Source: an uncultured Gammaproteobacteria bacterium
Lineage (GTDB): Bacteria > Pseudomonadota > Gammaproteobacteria > Steroidobacterales > Steroidobacteraceae
DNA length: 64,000 nt
NCBI GenBank assembly: GCA_963707115.1
Contig: CAVPOP010000001.1
Coordinates: 180,145 to 244,144 of the forward strand
Reading direction: 5' to 3'
Shown here one piece after another: positions 54,001-60,645 of the stretch. Both the position numbers and the translations under genes were made by a program. Within the stretch, counting starts at the first letter, position 1, and each line of letters begins with the position of its first letter. The notes under the pieces are model-generated. The model was given only the letters and a program-made list of their open reading frames with translations. It had not been told where the DNA came from and did no database searches.

Positions 54001-55347
54001 GGGCGCGCTGGTCGGAATGTGGTTAGCGGGCATGGCATTGCCGCTCTGATTCGAAGTGAACGTCGGCGTCGTGGTGTGGCAGCCGCTGCAGTCGCCAGCC
54101 GTTGGGTGACTCTTGTCCAAAGTGGCATTGGGCCGCGAGTCCCCCGCCACGGTCGAGGTGCTGGCGATCATCCCCACATAGGGCGAGGTCTCGTGACAGG
54201 TGCTACAGGCCGGCACCTTGCCCGCCACGGTCGTGTGTCCGGCCACGTTGAGGGTCGGGGCATTGATGCTCGCCGCACCCAGGCGGAAGCCCCCGGGGTT
54301 CACGTTGCTGGTGCTGTGACAACCCGAACCGTTGCAATCGAGGTTGCCGATCGGGATATGGTTGGTGCTGGCCGTGCCCACGATCGTGATGTTGGCCCAG
54401 CCGCCGGCCGGCGGTGGTCCGTGGCAGCTCAGGCACTCGCTCACTCCCAGGTGCGTGCCCGTCACGGAGTAACTGGAGTTCTGTCCCGGGGTCGTATGGC
54501 ACTGCGCGCACGGCGCGCTGGTCGGAATATGGTTTGCCGGTCGCAACGACGCGGCGGCGGTAAATGAAGTGGTATCGTGGCAGATGCCGCAGTCGCCGGT
54601 CGGGGGATGATTCTTGTCCAGCGTCGCGGATGGCCGCGAATCGTGCGCGGCGCTTGCAGTGCTCGGGATCATGCCCATGAACTGTGCCGTCTCGTGGCAG
54701 CTCTGGCAGGCCCAGCCGGCGGCGGTCGCGTGCACTGCCGGAGTCCCGGTCACATCGTGCCAGGTCGTGTAATTGGTGGGGGAATGGCACCCCTCGCAGC
54801 TTCCAGCCCCCGCCGGAACCGTCGGTATATGCGTTGCGGGCTGGCCCTTGGCACTCACGTTGTTGTGGCAGGACGCGCAGCCGGTAGTCATTCCATTGTG
54901 ATTGAACACGGCCCCCGCCCAGCCGATGGTGGAGTGGCAAACGCTGCAATCAAGGTCGGTGACAATGTGATTCGGGCCCTCGCCGCCAACCGGGCTGCCC
55001 GCGTAATGACAGCTCACGCAGCTGCCCATCACCTCGTTGTGGCTGAAGTTGACGGCCGGATTCCAGGCCACGGGCGTATGGCAGGCGTAACAATTGTTCG
55101 TGGTGAGAATGTGGTTGGCCGGCTTGGCCGAGGCGCGCACCGAGGTGCCCACGCCGTGACACTGCTCGCAGTCGCGGGGCGTGCCCTTGAATATGGCATT
55201 GACGTGGCAGGACTCGCATGGCAGGTCGCGATGCTGCCCGGTGAGTTCAAAGCCCGTGGTCAAATGGTCAAAGAGCGTCCGTTGCGCGGACACGCCCTCG
55301 GCGGCGTGTGCGCTCTCCGCAGGCCCCCACAGCGGCAGGCAGGCCAT
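48016..55347 (-). CDS. Giant multihaem c-type cytochrome (~75 haem-binding motifs)
   Basis: 2443-aa uninterrupted ORF. Hand count gives 63 CXXCH + 11 CX4CH (CNGSGCH/CDGSGCH/CGGSGCH) + 1 CX3CH (CAGACH). Ten tandem 169-170-aa pentahaem modules sit between paired-CXXCH N- and C-terminal regions. A signal-peptide-like AHA/AEG site lies near the N-terminus. Start codon uncertain (see findings). Confidence 0.9.
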   Translation of the reverse strand: MACLPLWGPAESAHAAEGVSAQRTLFDHLTTGFELTGQHRDLPCESCHVNAIFKGTPRDCEQCHGVGTSVRASAKPANHILTTNNCYACHTPVAWNPAVNFSHNEVMGSCVSCHYAGSPVGGEGPNHIVTDLDCSVCHSTIGWAGAVFNHNGMTTGCASCHNNVSAKGQPATHIPTVPAGAGSCEGCHSPTNYTTWHDVTGTPAVHATAAGWACQSCHETAQFMGMIPSTASAAHDSRPSATLDKNHPPTGDCGICHDTTSFTAAASLRPANHIPTSAPCAQCHTTPGQNSSYSVTGTHLGVSECLSCHGPPPAGGWANITIVGTASTNHIPIGNLDCNGSGCHSTSNVNPGGFRLGAASINAPTLNVAGHTTVAGKVPACSTCHETSPYVGMIASTSTVAGDSRPNATLDKSHPTAGDCSGCHTTTPTFTSNQSGNAMPANHIPTSAPCAQCHTTAGDNSLYSVTGTHQGVTDCLSCHGPPPAGGWANVTIVGTASTNHMPIGNLDCNGSGCHSTAKVTAGGFRIGAASISTPTLNVAGHTTVAAQVGACTNCHETAPYVGMIASTSTVAGDSRPNATLDKNHPTTGDCTGCHTTTPTFASDMTGGSKPANHIPTTAPCAQCHTTANNYALYSVSGTHQGVTDCLSCHGPPPAGGWANVTIVGTASTNHMPIGNLDCNGSGCHSTAKVTAGGFRIGAASISTPTLNVAGHTTVAAQVGACTNCHETAPYVGMIASTSTVAGDSRPNATLDKNHPTAGDCGDCHTQTPTFSSDVSQGAKPANHIPTSAPCAQCHTTAGNFALYSVTGTHQGVTDCLSCHAPAVAGTFANIKIVSTSGINHIPIGNLDCNGSGCHSTAKVTAGGFKIGAASISAPTLNVAGHATVAVQVGACANCHETAPYVGMIASTSTVAGDSRPTAFDKLHPTAGDCSGCHTTTPTFASDMTGGSKPANHIPTTAPCAQCHTTANNYALYSVSGTHQGVSNCLSCHGPPPAGGWANVTIVGTASTNHMPIGNLDCNGSGCHSTAKVTAGGFKIGVANINSPTLSLAGHNTVSGQVGACQTCHQSAPYVGMIASTSTVAGDSRPNATLDKNHPTTGDCGDCHTQTPTFSSDVSQGAKPANHIPTTATCSQCHTTAGNYALYSVSGTHQGVSNCLSCHGPPPAGGWANVTIVGTASTNHMPIGNLDCNGSGCHSTAKVTAGGFRLGAANISAPTLNVTGHTTVAGQVGACTSCHETAPYVGMIASTSTVAGDSRPTAFDKLHPTAGDCSGCHTTTPTFASDMTGGSKPANHIPTTAPCAQCHTTANNYALYSVSGTHQGVSNCLSCHGPPPAGGWANVTIVGTASTNHMPIGNLDCNGSGCHSTAKVTAGGFKIGVANINSPTLSLAGHNTVSGQVGACQTCHQSAPYVGMIASTSTVAGDSRPNATLDKNHPTTGDCGDCHTQTPTFSSDVSQGAKPANHIPTTATCSQCHTTAGNYALYSVSGTHQGVSNCLSCHGPPPAGGWANVTIVGTASTNHMPIGNLDCNGSGCHSTAKVTAGGFRLGAANISAPTLNVTGHTTVAGKVPACTTCHETAPYVGMIASTASTAGDSRPNATLDKSHPTTGDCSGCHTTTPTFTTDQTGNAKPANHIPTTAPCAQCHTTVGNNAVYSVTGTHQGVTNCLSCHAPAVANTFANITIVSTTGINHIPIGNLDCNGSGCHSTAKVTAGGFKIGAASVSAPTLNVAGHNTVSGQVGACQTCHQSAPYVGMIASTSTVAGDSRPNATLDKSHPTTGDCNGCHTTTPTFTTNQTGNAKPANHIPTTAPCAQCHTTAGNNAVYSVTGTHQGVTNCLSCHAPAVANTFANITIVSTTGINHIPIGNLDCDGSGCHTTAKLTAGGFKIGAANLNSPTLNVAGHTTVAGQVGACTSCHETAPYVGMIASTSTAAGDSRPNATLDKSHPTTGDCSGCHTNTPTFSSNVSGGSKPANHIPTTAPCAQCHTTAGNYAVYVMGATGHTGITKGCATCHAYGLSFANMAPPTLKQPPSGATGHIPSNPPNGSSLNVACELCHSPTNFTTFAGTVMKHAYVTTITCMSCHELGMKWKTNTGVRLWVRDSANHHAGQDCGGSGCHNSRDKRAIRPGAAAAGTGGGLTRAGSALGGAAALVPAVGGFNHTRAAATPCVTCHSSAQGAGKPADHIASSNGCGSCHNTHAWLPVVMVDHAQVQGSCASCHNGRVAQGKSMSHIASSNTCETCHTTNAWTPARFDHAGVAAHTCRSCHDSVHAMGLPSSHVPTGAQCDSCHGTLAWKPAKVDHTTLTRQCVSCHNNAVALGVPATHMNSKLDCATCHSYPDWAQTHFMHTGSAYPGDHKAALACTACHTSNSDLIPWPAPANAGSCAGCHTKDFKPVAHPKTSGGILYTSSELRDCAGACHVYSDATAKTVVKPQPGPYHRPSNVAFKH
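49450..54540 (-). repeat. Intragenic tandem array of ten ~507-510-bp coding repeats (pentahaem modules)
   Basis: Each unit starts PANHIPT..C.QCH. Shadow-ORF pairs in the track are identical at offsets of 1017 nt (e.g. 50918..51127 vs 51935..52144; 51206..51547 vs 52223..52564) and 510 nt (53161-53440 vs 53671-53950, 1 mismatch seen in the stretches compared). Confidence 0.9.
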
Positions 55348-55429
55348 CGCCGCTAGCGCCGCGAGGCGCAGTGCGCTTGCAGACCAAACCGATCGGCGCC
55401 TTGTTGGGGAAGTGGTTTGCAGATCCCGC

Positions 55430-56995
55430 CTACCTTGCGCGCCCGCCCTGGAAGGTCACCGTCGTATGACAGCGCTCGCAGCGCCGTCCAAATTGACCAT
55501 CATGCACGTCATCCTTCTGATGACAGGAAATACAGTCCGGCGAAAGCTTCACTTCGGCCGCAGGCTGTCGATGGCAGCCGGCACACTTGAGCTTGGCGTG
55601 CGCACCAAACAGTCCAAAGCCAGTTTGCTTGAAATGATCGTACTCCCAGAGTGCCCAACCATTCGGGCTATGACAACTGTCGCACTTTTCGCTCAGTCCC
55701 CCCTTGTGCACGTCGTCCTTACGGTGGCAGTCGACACAGCGCGACTTGGCCTCGCCAAACGCCTGCGTGCGATGGCACTGGGCGCAACTCACCACATTAT
55801 GTAAACCGAGCAGCGGATAGACCGTCAGGTCGTGGTCGAAATTGATCTGGCTGCGCCAGTCCTGCTGCGTGTGGCAACTGTCGCAGGAGGTGTGGAAGCT
55901 CTTGCCGTGAGGACTGGCCGCCCGATGGCAGCCGTTGCAGTCCGTGGCCAGCTTTTGAGTGGCCGCGTTCGCGGTATGGCACACGTGGCAATCGAGCTTG
56001 GCGTGTATGCCCAGCAGCGCGAATTTTGTCTTCGCGAGGTGGTCGTACTTGACCGGCCGCCAGACCTCGTTGTCATGGCAGTCGCCGCACTTGCCGCCAA
56101 AGCGCCCCGCGTGAGAATCATCCGCCCGATGGCAGCCGTAGCAGTCCTTGGGAATCTTGTCCTTGTACACGCCACTGCGGTGGCAGCCCAGGCAGTCGAT
56201 CTTGGCGTGCTGACCGAGCAGTGCGAAACCGGTCTCCTTCTCATGGTCGAACTTCGCCGTCTTCCATTCGGTGGTCGTGTGGCACTTGCCGCAGTCGCTG
56301 CCACGTTCGCCTCGATGCGCGTCATCCGTCAAGTGACAACCGGCACAGGTCTTTGGGCCGCCCTTGTAATGGCCGCCCAAGTGACAGCTCCCGCAGCTCA
56401 GGGTCTGGTGCGCTCCGGTCAGAGGAAACTCCGTCTTGGCATGATCAAAGCGCGCCGCGGTCCAGTTATCGGAGCTATGGCAATCATTGCAGGTGGTCGC
56501 GAGCTGGCCCTGGTGGTAATCGTCCTTCTTGTGGCAGCTGATACATGCGGACGACGCCTTGCGGTAGGCCTCGCCGGTCTTGTGGCAACTATCGCAGCCC
56601 AGCGTGCGGTGTGCGCCGGCCAGCGGGAAATCGGTGCGCTCGTGGTCGAATTCCGCGATATTCAAGCGCACGATGTCAGCCCCGCGCCCCAGGTGTTCGG
56701 TGTGACAGCCGACGCACTTGCCCGTGCCCGCATTGGCCATCAGCCCGTGGTACCCCTTGTGCTCGCGTATGTCGGCGGCAATTGGTTTGTGGCAATCGAG
56801 GCATAGCGCGCTCTGGCGCATTCGGTCCGTGCGGTCGTGACAATTACTGCACCCCTCTTCCAGTTTGGCATGCGCCGTGCTCAGCGGACCGGGCATCAGC
56901 AGGCTCTCCACTGCGGCCGCATGGGCGCCGGGCGCGGTGATCGTGCCGGCGGCCAGCAGCATGCCCACCAACCACCCGCCTCCAGTCCGTCGCAT
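55430..56995 (-). CDS. 21-haem periplasmic cytochrome built of seven c7/c3-like trihaem modules
   Basis: Signal peptide (MRRTGGGWLVGMLLAAGTITAPGAHA). 21 CXXCH by hand count in 521 aa. The module F(D/N)H..T.F.L.G.H....C..CH ... C..CH..DD.H.G.....C..CH recurs seven times. Confidence 0.9.
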   Translation of the reverse strand: MRRTGGGWLVGMLLAAGTITAPGAHAAAVESLLMPGPLSTAHAKLEEGCSNCHDRTDRMRQSALCLDCHKPIAADIREHKGYHGLMANAGTGKCVGCHTEHLGRGADIVRLNIAEFDHERTDFPLAGAHRTLGCDSCHKTGEAYRKASSACISCHKKDDYHQGQLATTCNDCHSSDNWTAARFDHAKTEFPLTGAHQTLSCGSCHLGGHYKGGPKTCAGCHLTDDAHRGERGSDCGKCHTTTEWKTAKFDHEKETGFALLGQHAKIDCLGCHRSGVYKDKIPKDCYGCHRADDSHAGRFGGKCGDCHDNEVWRPVKYDHLAKTKFALLGIHAKLDCHVCHTANAATQKLATDCNGCHRAASPHGKSFHTSCDSCHTQQDWRSQINFDHDLTVYPLLGLHNVVSCAQCHRTQAFGEAKSRCVDCHRKDDVHKGGLSEKCDSCHSPNGWALWEYDHFKQTGFGLFGAHAKLKCAGCHRQPAAEVKLSPDCISCHQKDDVHDGQFGRRCERCHTTVTFQGGRAR

Positions 56996-57016
56996 CGGGC
57001 CCGCAGTCCTGGGCGA

Positions 57017-57859
57017 CTAATACACGGTCACTGAAATCACGTGCACGATTCCGGCAACCAGCGTCATGATGAAGAACGGCACGTGGGCCACGTGCCACAG
57101 GGAAAAGAGTTTCACGTAGTAGCCGTGCTCGCGCACGCGGCGCACCGCGTCCAGACGCCGCGTGGCGTAGCTCGTGGCGTTGGCAGTCAGGCGTTGGCCG
57201 TGCGCCGCGAGCACGGGGGACTCGTGCGCCGCCTGCAGCACCATGTCACGGATCTCACTGTCCAAACGCCAACGCGCCAGCGCCGACCGCATGCCAACGG
57301 TGACCGGCTGCACCAATGCACCCAGCGGCGTCTTGGCCGGACGGAAGAGCCGCTGTTCCTCGCGCTCGATCGCCTCCAGGTAGCCCGGCAGCAGCGTGAT
57401 GGTGTTGCTCTGCTGGCGCAACTGCTCGGCGACCGCCTTCAACTCCTCGAGTGTGGTGCTGTGCTCGTGCCATTCGCCGTACACCCTGCTGTAGATGTAC
57501 CGGCCAATTAGGCCGCTGCCGGATACGGCCAACATGCAGAACAGGGCCACGTTGCTGTTGGTGGCGCCGAGCGAAAAATTCGAGTGAAACAAGATCAGCA
57601 GCGGCCCGACAATGCCGAGCGTCATGTGGATGCGATACCAGATAGGTACGCCACCAATGACGTGTAGCCATTGGGCGCGCTTGCGTGCCGGATATAGCAG
57701 CAGCACCAGCATCAGCGACCCCCCCACGATCCCGAGCGCGTATCCGAGTCCGCGCGTCGGCGTGATATAGCGCTCCAAGTGCGCGTTGTATCCCCACAGC
57801 AGCGCCACCACCACAGCGAAGCCAAAGACGCGCACCGGCGTTAGCATTCGCTCCGTCAT
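57017..57859 (-). CDS. Integral membrane protein with two HX13H pairs (putative di-haem b-type cytochrome)
   Basis: About 5 TM helices. TM3 is RIHMTLGIVGPLLILFH and TM5 is AHVPFFIMTLVAGIVH, each with two His exactly 13 residues apart. A helical soluble loop of about 110 aa separates TM4 and TM5. The gene lies 21 nt upstream of the 21-haem gene and 9 nt downstream of the CcmI-like gene. Confidence 0.55.
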   Translation of the reverse strand: MTERMLTPVRVFGFAVVVALLWGYNAHLERYITPTRGLGYALGIVGGSLMLVLLLYPARKRAQWLHVIGGVPIWYRIHMTLGIVGPLLILFHSNFSLGATNSNVALFCMLAVSGSGLIGRYIYSRVYGEWHEHSTTLEELKAVAEQLRQQSNTITLLPGYLEAIEREEQRLFRPAKTPLGALVQPVTVGMRSALARWRLDSEIRDMVLQAAHESPVLAAHGQRLTANATSYATRRLDAVRRVREHGYYVKLFSLWHVAHVPFFIMTLVAGIVHVISVTVY

Positions 57860-57868
57860 TGCCGCCGC

Positions 57869-59134
57869 CTAGCCGATCACTCGCTGAATCACCACCCGCA
57901 CCGGTTTGCCCGCGGCGGGATCAAACTGGGCCGTCACACCCTGAAAATCGCCGGCGGCGGGCATCGCCTGGCCGGTCCGTGAAGTGCGGGCCTCAATGGT
58001 CACAGCGCCCGCCGTCGAGAGCTTGCGTGTCGGCACCATGGCCTGGGAATCGTCGAGCTGAAACGGCAGCGGCCAGGTGCCGGTCGTGGTCTTGATGATG
58101 GCCACGGGCGGGCCCGCGGAGTTGACGGATTTCGCGACAATGAAGAGCGTCAGCCCGGCCGGAATCCGGCCCTTGAGCGCGTCCGCCACCACCACTTCAC
58201 CGCGCACGCTCATGCCGCTTGCGCCTCCCGCCGGAGGCGCCGGTGGCGCGGCCGCGCCGGCCAGGCGCTGGTCCTCGGCAAGGTTTGCGGCGATGACCTT
58301 CGCGTCATCGGAGTTCGGCGGCAACACCGCGGCCAGTTGCTTCCAACTGTCCACAGCCGCCTGGTATTGGTGCGTTTCGTGCAGCATGCTGGCATTGAGC
58401 CACAAGGCCTTGGGATGCTGGGGATTGAGGCGCAGCGCATTGTTCAGGTAGGTCGTGGGTGGCCCGACCAGCGAATTACCATTGAGCGTGCCCACCACAT
58501 CCGCATAGTCCGCCCAGGTGTCGGCAGTCATCTCGTTGCGCGCGGCGAGTTTGGCGTAGATGTCGCGAGCTTTGGCGAAGTTGCGCTGGGCACGTGCCGC
58601 CTGCGCGGCCTCCACCAGCTTGAGCGCCTCGGCGGACAACGGCGCCGGGGCTGGCGCCGGCGGCGCCGCGGTCGTGACCGCCGGGTTCGGCGCGCTGGCG
58701 GTCAGGCGTTTCTGGCGTGCGGCGGCCGCATCGGCGGTCCGCCCGAGAAACTCATAGGACTTGGCCAGCAATTCCCAGTCCCCGTCGGTGCCGCCGTTCG
58801 CGGCAAGGCGCCGCTCCAGACCGGATATGGCGGTATCCATGGAACCGGCGCTCTGCTTTTGCGCGCCCGTCGTGCCGGCGCCGGGAGCGCCGCTTGGGCC
58901 GCTCATGGCACCCACCGGAGCGGCGTCACGATCGTTGAGTTGCGGGCTGCCCAGTCTTATGTAAAGTGCCAAGGCGACTGCCATCACGGCAACGCCCGCG
59001 ACCGGCGTCCAGCGGGGCAAAGCGCTCAGCAGTGCCGTGCGCGGCCTTCCGGCGAGCCACGGATACACCACAAACAGCAGCGCAATAACGGCCAGGGCCC
59101 CGATAGCGAAGTAAAAGCCATTACCGAGGCTCAT
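57869..59134 (-). CDS. CcmI/CycH-like c-type cytochrome biogenesis (apocytochrome chaperone) protein
   Basis: Two N-terminal TM helices (FYFAIGALAVIALLFVVYPWLAGR; TPVAGVAVMAVALALYIRLG), TPR-like repeats, and the C-terminal block LTLFIVAKSVNSAGPPVAIIKT...LPFQLDDSQAM....LS....VTIEARTSRTGQA typical of CcmI/CcmH C-terminal domains. No other ccm genes in the window. Confidence 0.65.
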   Translation of the reverse strand: MSLGNGFYFAIGALAVIALLFVVYPWLAGRPRTALLSALPRWTPVAGVAVMAVALALYIRLGSPQLNDRDAAPVGAMSGPSGAPGAGTTGAQKQSAGSMDTAISGLERRLAANGGTDGDWELLAKSYEFLGRTADAAAARQKRLTASAPNPAVTTAAPPAPAPAPLSAEALKLVEAAQAARAQRNFAKARDIYAKLAARNEMTADTWADYADVVGTLNGNSLVGPPTTYLNNALRLNPQHPKALWLNASMLHETHQYQAAVDSWKQLAAVLPPNSDDAKVIAANLAEDQRLAGAAAPPAPPAGGASGMSVRGEVVVADALKGRIPAGLTLFIVAKSVNSAGPPVAIIKTTTGTWPLPFQLDDSQAMVPTRKLSTAGAVTIEARTSRTGQAMPAAGDFQGVTAQFDPAAGKPVRVVIQRVIG

Positions 59135-59205
59135 GCCATACCATGCCTATACATAACGACGGGCGTACTATCACAGATTGTAACGCCTTTTGTCGCAGGC
59201 TCACG

Positions 59206-59250
59206 ATGTCGCCACTGCCGGACAGTTCACTTTCTGGCGACATGTTGACA
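59206..59250. promoter_or_regulatory. 9-bp inverted repeat plus TTGACA in the divergent intergenic region of the cytochrome locus
   Basis: ATGTCGCCA (59206..59214) / TGGCGACAT (59235..59243), separated by 20 nt and immediately followed by TTGACA (59245..59250). I found no convincing -10 box. Confidence 0.35.
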
Positions 59251-59304
59251 CGTGCGCAGCCTCACGGAACCTTAGGCGTACGCTGAAGTAGTGTTTGCCG
59301 GTTA

Positions 59305-60645
59305 GTGGCCATTGGGCCCGTGAGATTTGACCTAATGAAATTGAGCCTAATCGCCGTATACGCCGCGCCGTTCATGTTGATCATGTTCTGGTATCTGCGG
59401 CGGCATTTTCGCTTTGAGAAGATCAGCCGCGCAGTGCACTTCGAGGCGAAGGAAGCCGGCCTGCTCGAGCCCGCCTCCCTGCACCCGGTCATCGACCCGG
59501 TGCGCTGTCTGGGTTGCGGCGCGTGCGTGCGCGCGTGCCCGGAGTACCCGCAGCATACCGTGCTTGGCCTGATCAACAACAAAGCACAGCTGGTCAACCC
59601 CACAGAATGTATCGGTCATGGCGCCTGCAAGTCTGCCTGCCCGGTTGATGCCATTTCGCTGGTGTTTGGCACCGCGACGCGCGGAATCGACCTGCCGGTG
59701 CTGCTGCCGAATTTTGAGACCAACGTCCCGGGCGTATTCATTGCCGGCGAACTGGGCGGCATGGGGCTGATACGGAACGCGTTGATTCAGGGAATCCAGG
59801 CCGTTGAAGCCATCCAGAAGAAGAACCAGCGCGCCCCCGGCAAGCGCCTGGACGTGCTCATCGTGGGCGCCGGCCCGGCCGGCATGGCCGCCTCACTCAC
59901 GGCCAAGTCGCTGAAACTTACCTACCGCACGGTTGAACAGGAGTCGCTCGGAGGCTGCGTATTCAAATACCCGCGCGGCAAACTGGTCATGACGGCGCCG
60001 GTCGAGCTGCCGCTGGTGGGCCGCTTTCACTTCCGCCACACCTCCAAAGAGGCCCTGCTCAAAGTCTGGACCGAGATCATGCAGCGCGAACAGCTGCGGA
60101 TCCAGACCAACGAGCGCGTGGCCTCCATTGAAAAGGACGGCGATGGGTTCATTGTCCGCACGTCCAAGGCCGCCTACCGCGCCTCGACGGTGCTGCTCGC
60201 GATCGGGCGGCGCGGCACACCCCGCAAACTGGCCGTGCCGGGTGAGGAACTGCCCAAGGTCGTGTACCGGCTGGTCGATCCCGACCAGTACATCGGCCAG
60301 GAGGTGCTCGTGGTCGGTGGCGGGGACAGCGCCCTGGAAGCGGCCGCGAGCGTCGCGGAGGTCTCGGGTACGCAGGTCACGCTCTCCTATCGCGGCGACG
60401 CCTTCGGTCGGGCCAAGCCCAGGAACCGTCAGCGGGTTGCACAGGCTGCAGATCGCGGCAATCTGAAGCTATTGCTGTCCTCGAGCGTCAGTGAAATCAA
60501 CCATGACCTGGTGATTCTCGAACATGGCGGCACGCAGGTCGCGATCAAGAACGAGGCGGTTATCATCAGCGCTGGCGGCGTCCTGCCGAACGAATTCCTA
60601 AAGACGGTCGGCATCCGAGTCGAAACCAAATACGGCACCGCCTGA
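59305..60645 (+). CDS. Membrane-anchored 2x[4Fe-4S] ferredoxin-domain / FAD-NAD(P)H oxidoreductase
   Basis: N-terminal TM helix followed by a basic stretch (YLRRHFRFEK, so the catalytic part is predicted cytoplasmic). CLGCGACVRACP and CIGHGACKSACP cluster motifs. VLIVGAGPAGMAA (FAD) and VLVVGGGDSALEAA (NAD(P)H) Rossmann motifs. Confidence 0.8.
   Translation: MAIGPVRFDLMKLSLIAVYAAPFMLIMFWYLRRHFRFEKISRAVHFEAKEAGLLEPASLHPVIDPVRCLGCGACVRACPEYPQHTVLGLINNKAQLVNPTECIGHGACKSACPVDAISLVFGTATRGIDLPVLLPNFETNVPGVFIAGELGGMGLIRNALIQGIQAVEAIQKKNQRAPGKRLDVLIVGAGPAGMAASLTAKSLKLTYRTVEQESLGGCVFKYPRGKLVMTAPVELPLVGRFHFRHTSKEALLKVWTEIMQREQLRIQTNERVASIEKDGDGFIVRTSKAAYRASTVLLAIGRRGTPRKLAVPGEELPKVVYRLVDPDQYIGQEVLVVGGGDSALEAAASVAEVSGTQVTLSYRGDAFGRAKPRNRQRVAQAADRGNLKLLLSSSVSEINHDLVILEHGGTQVAIKNEAVIISAGGVLPNEFLKTVGIRVETKYGTA

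Noticed and set aside
49450-54540. Regular repeats that could suggest a CRISPR array or non-coding satellite
   Set aside because: The period is 507-1017 bp, with no short repeat/spacer organisation. The repeats lie in one uninterrupted reading frame encoding conserved haem motifs, so they are coding tandem repeats.
49492-54567. Several long plus-strand ORFs (402 aa, 593 aa and many 60-150 aa) with repeated sequences
   Set aside because: All are antisense images of the cytochrome repeat array. Their repetition simply mirrors the coding repeats, and their Arg/Gly/Val/Ala-rich composition has no motifs.
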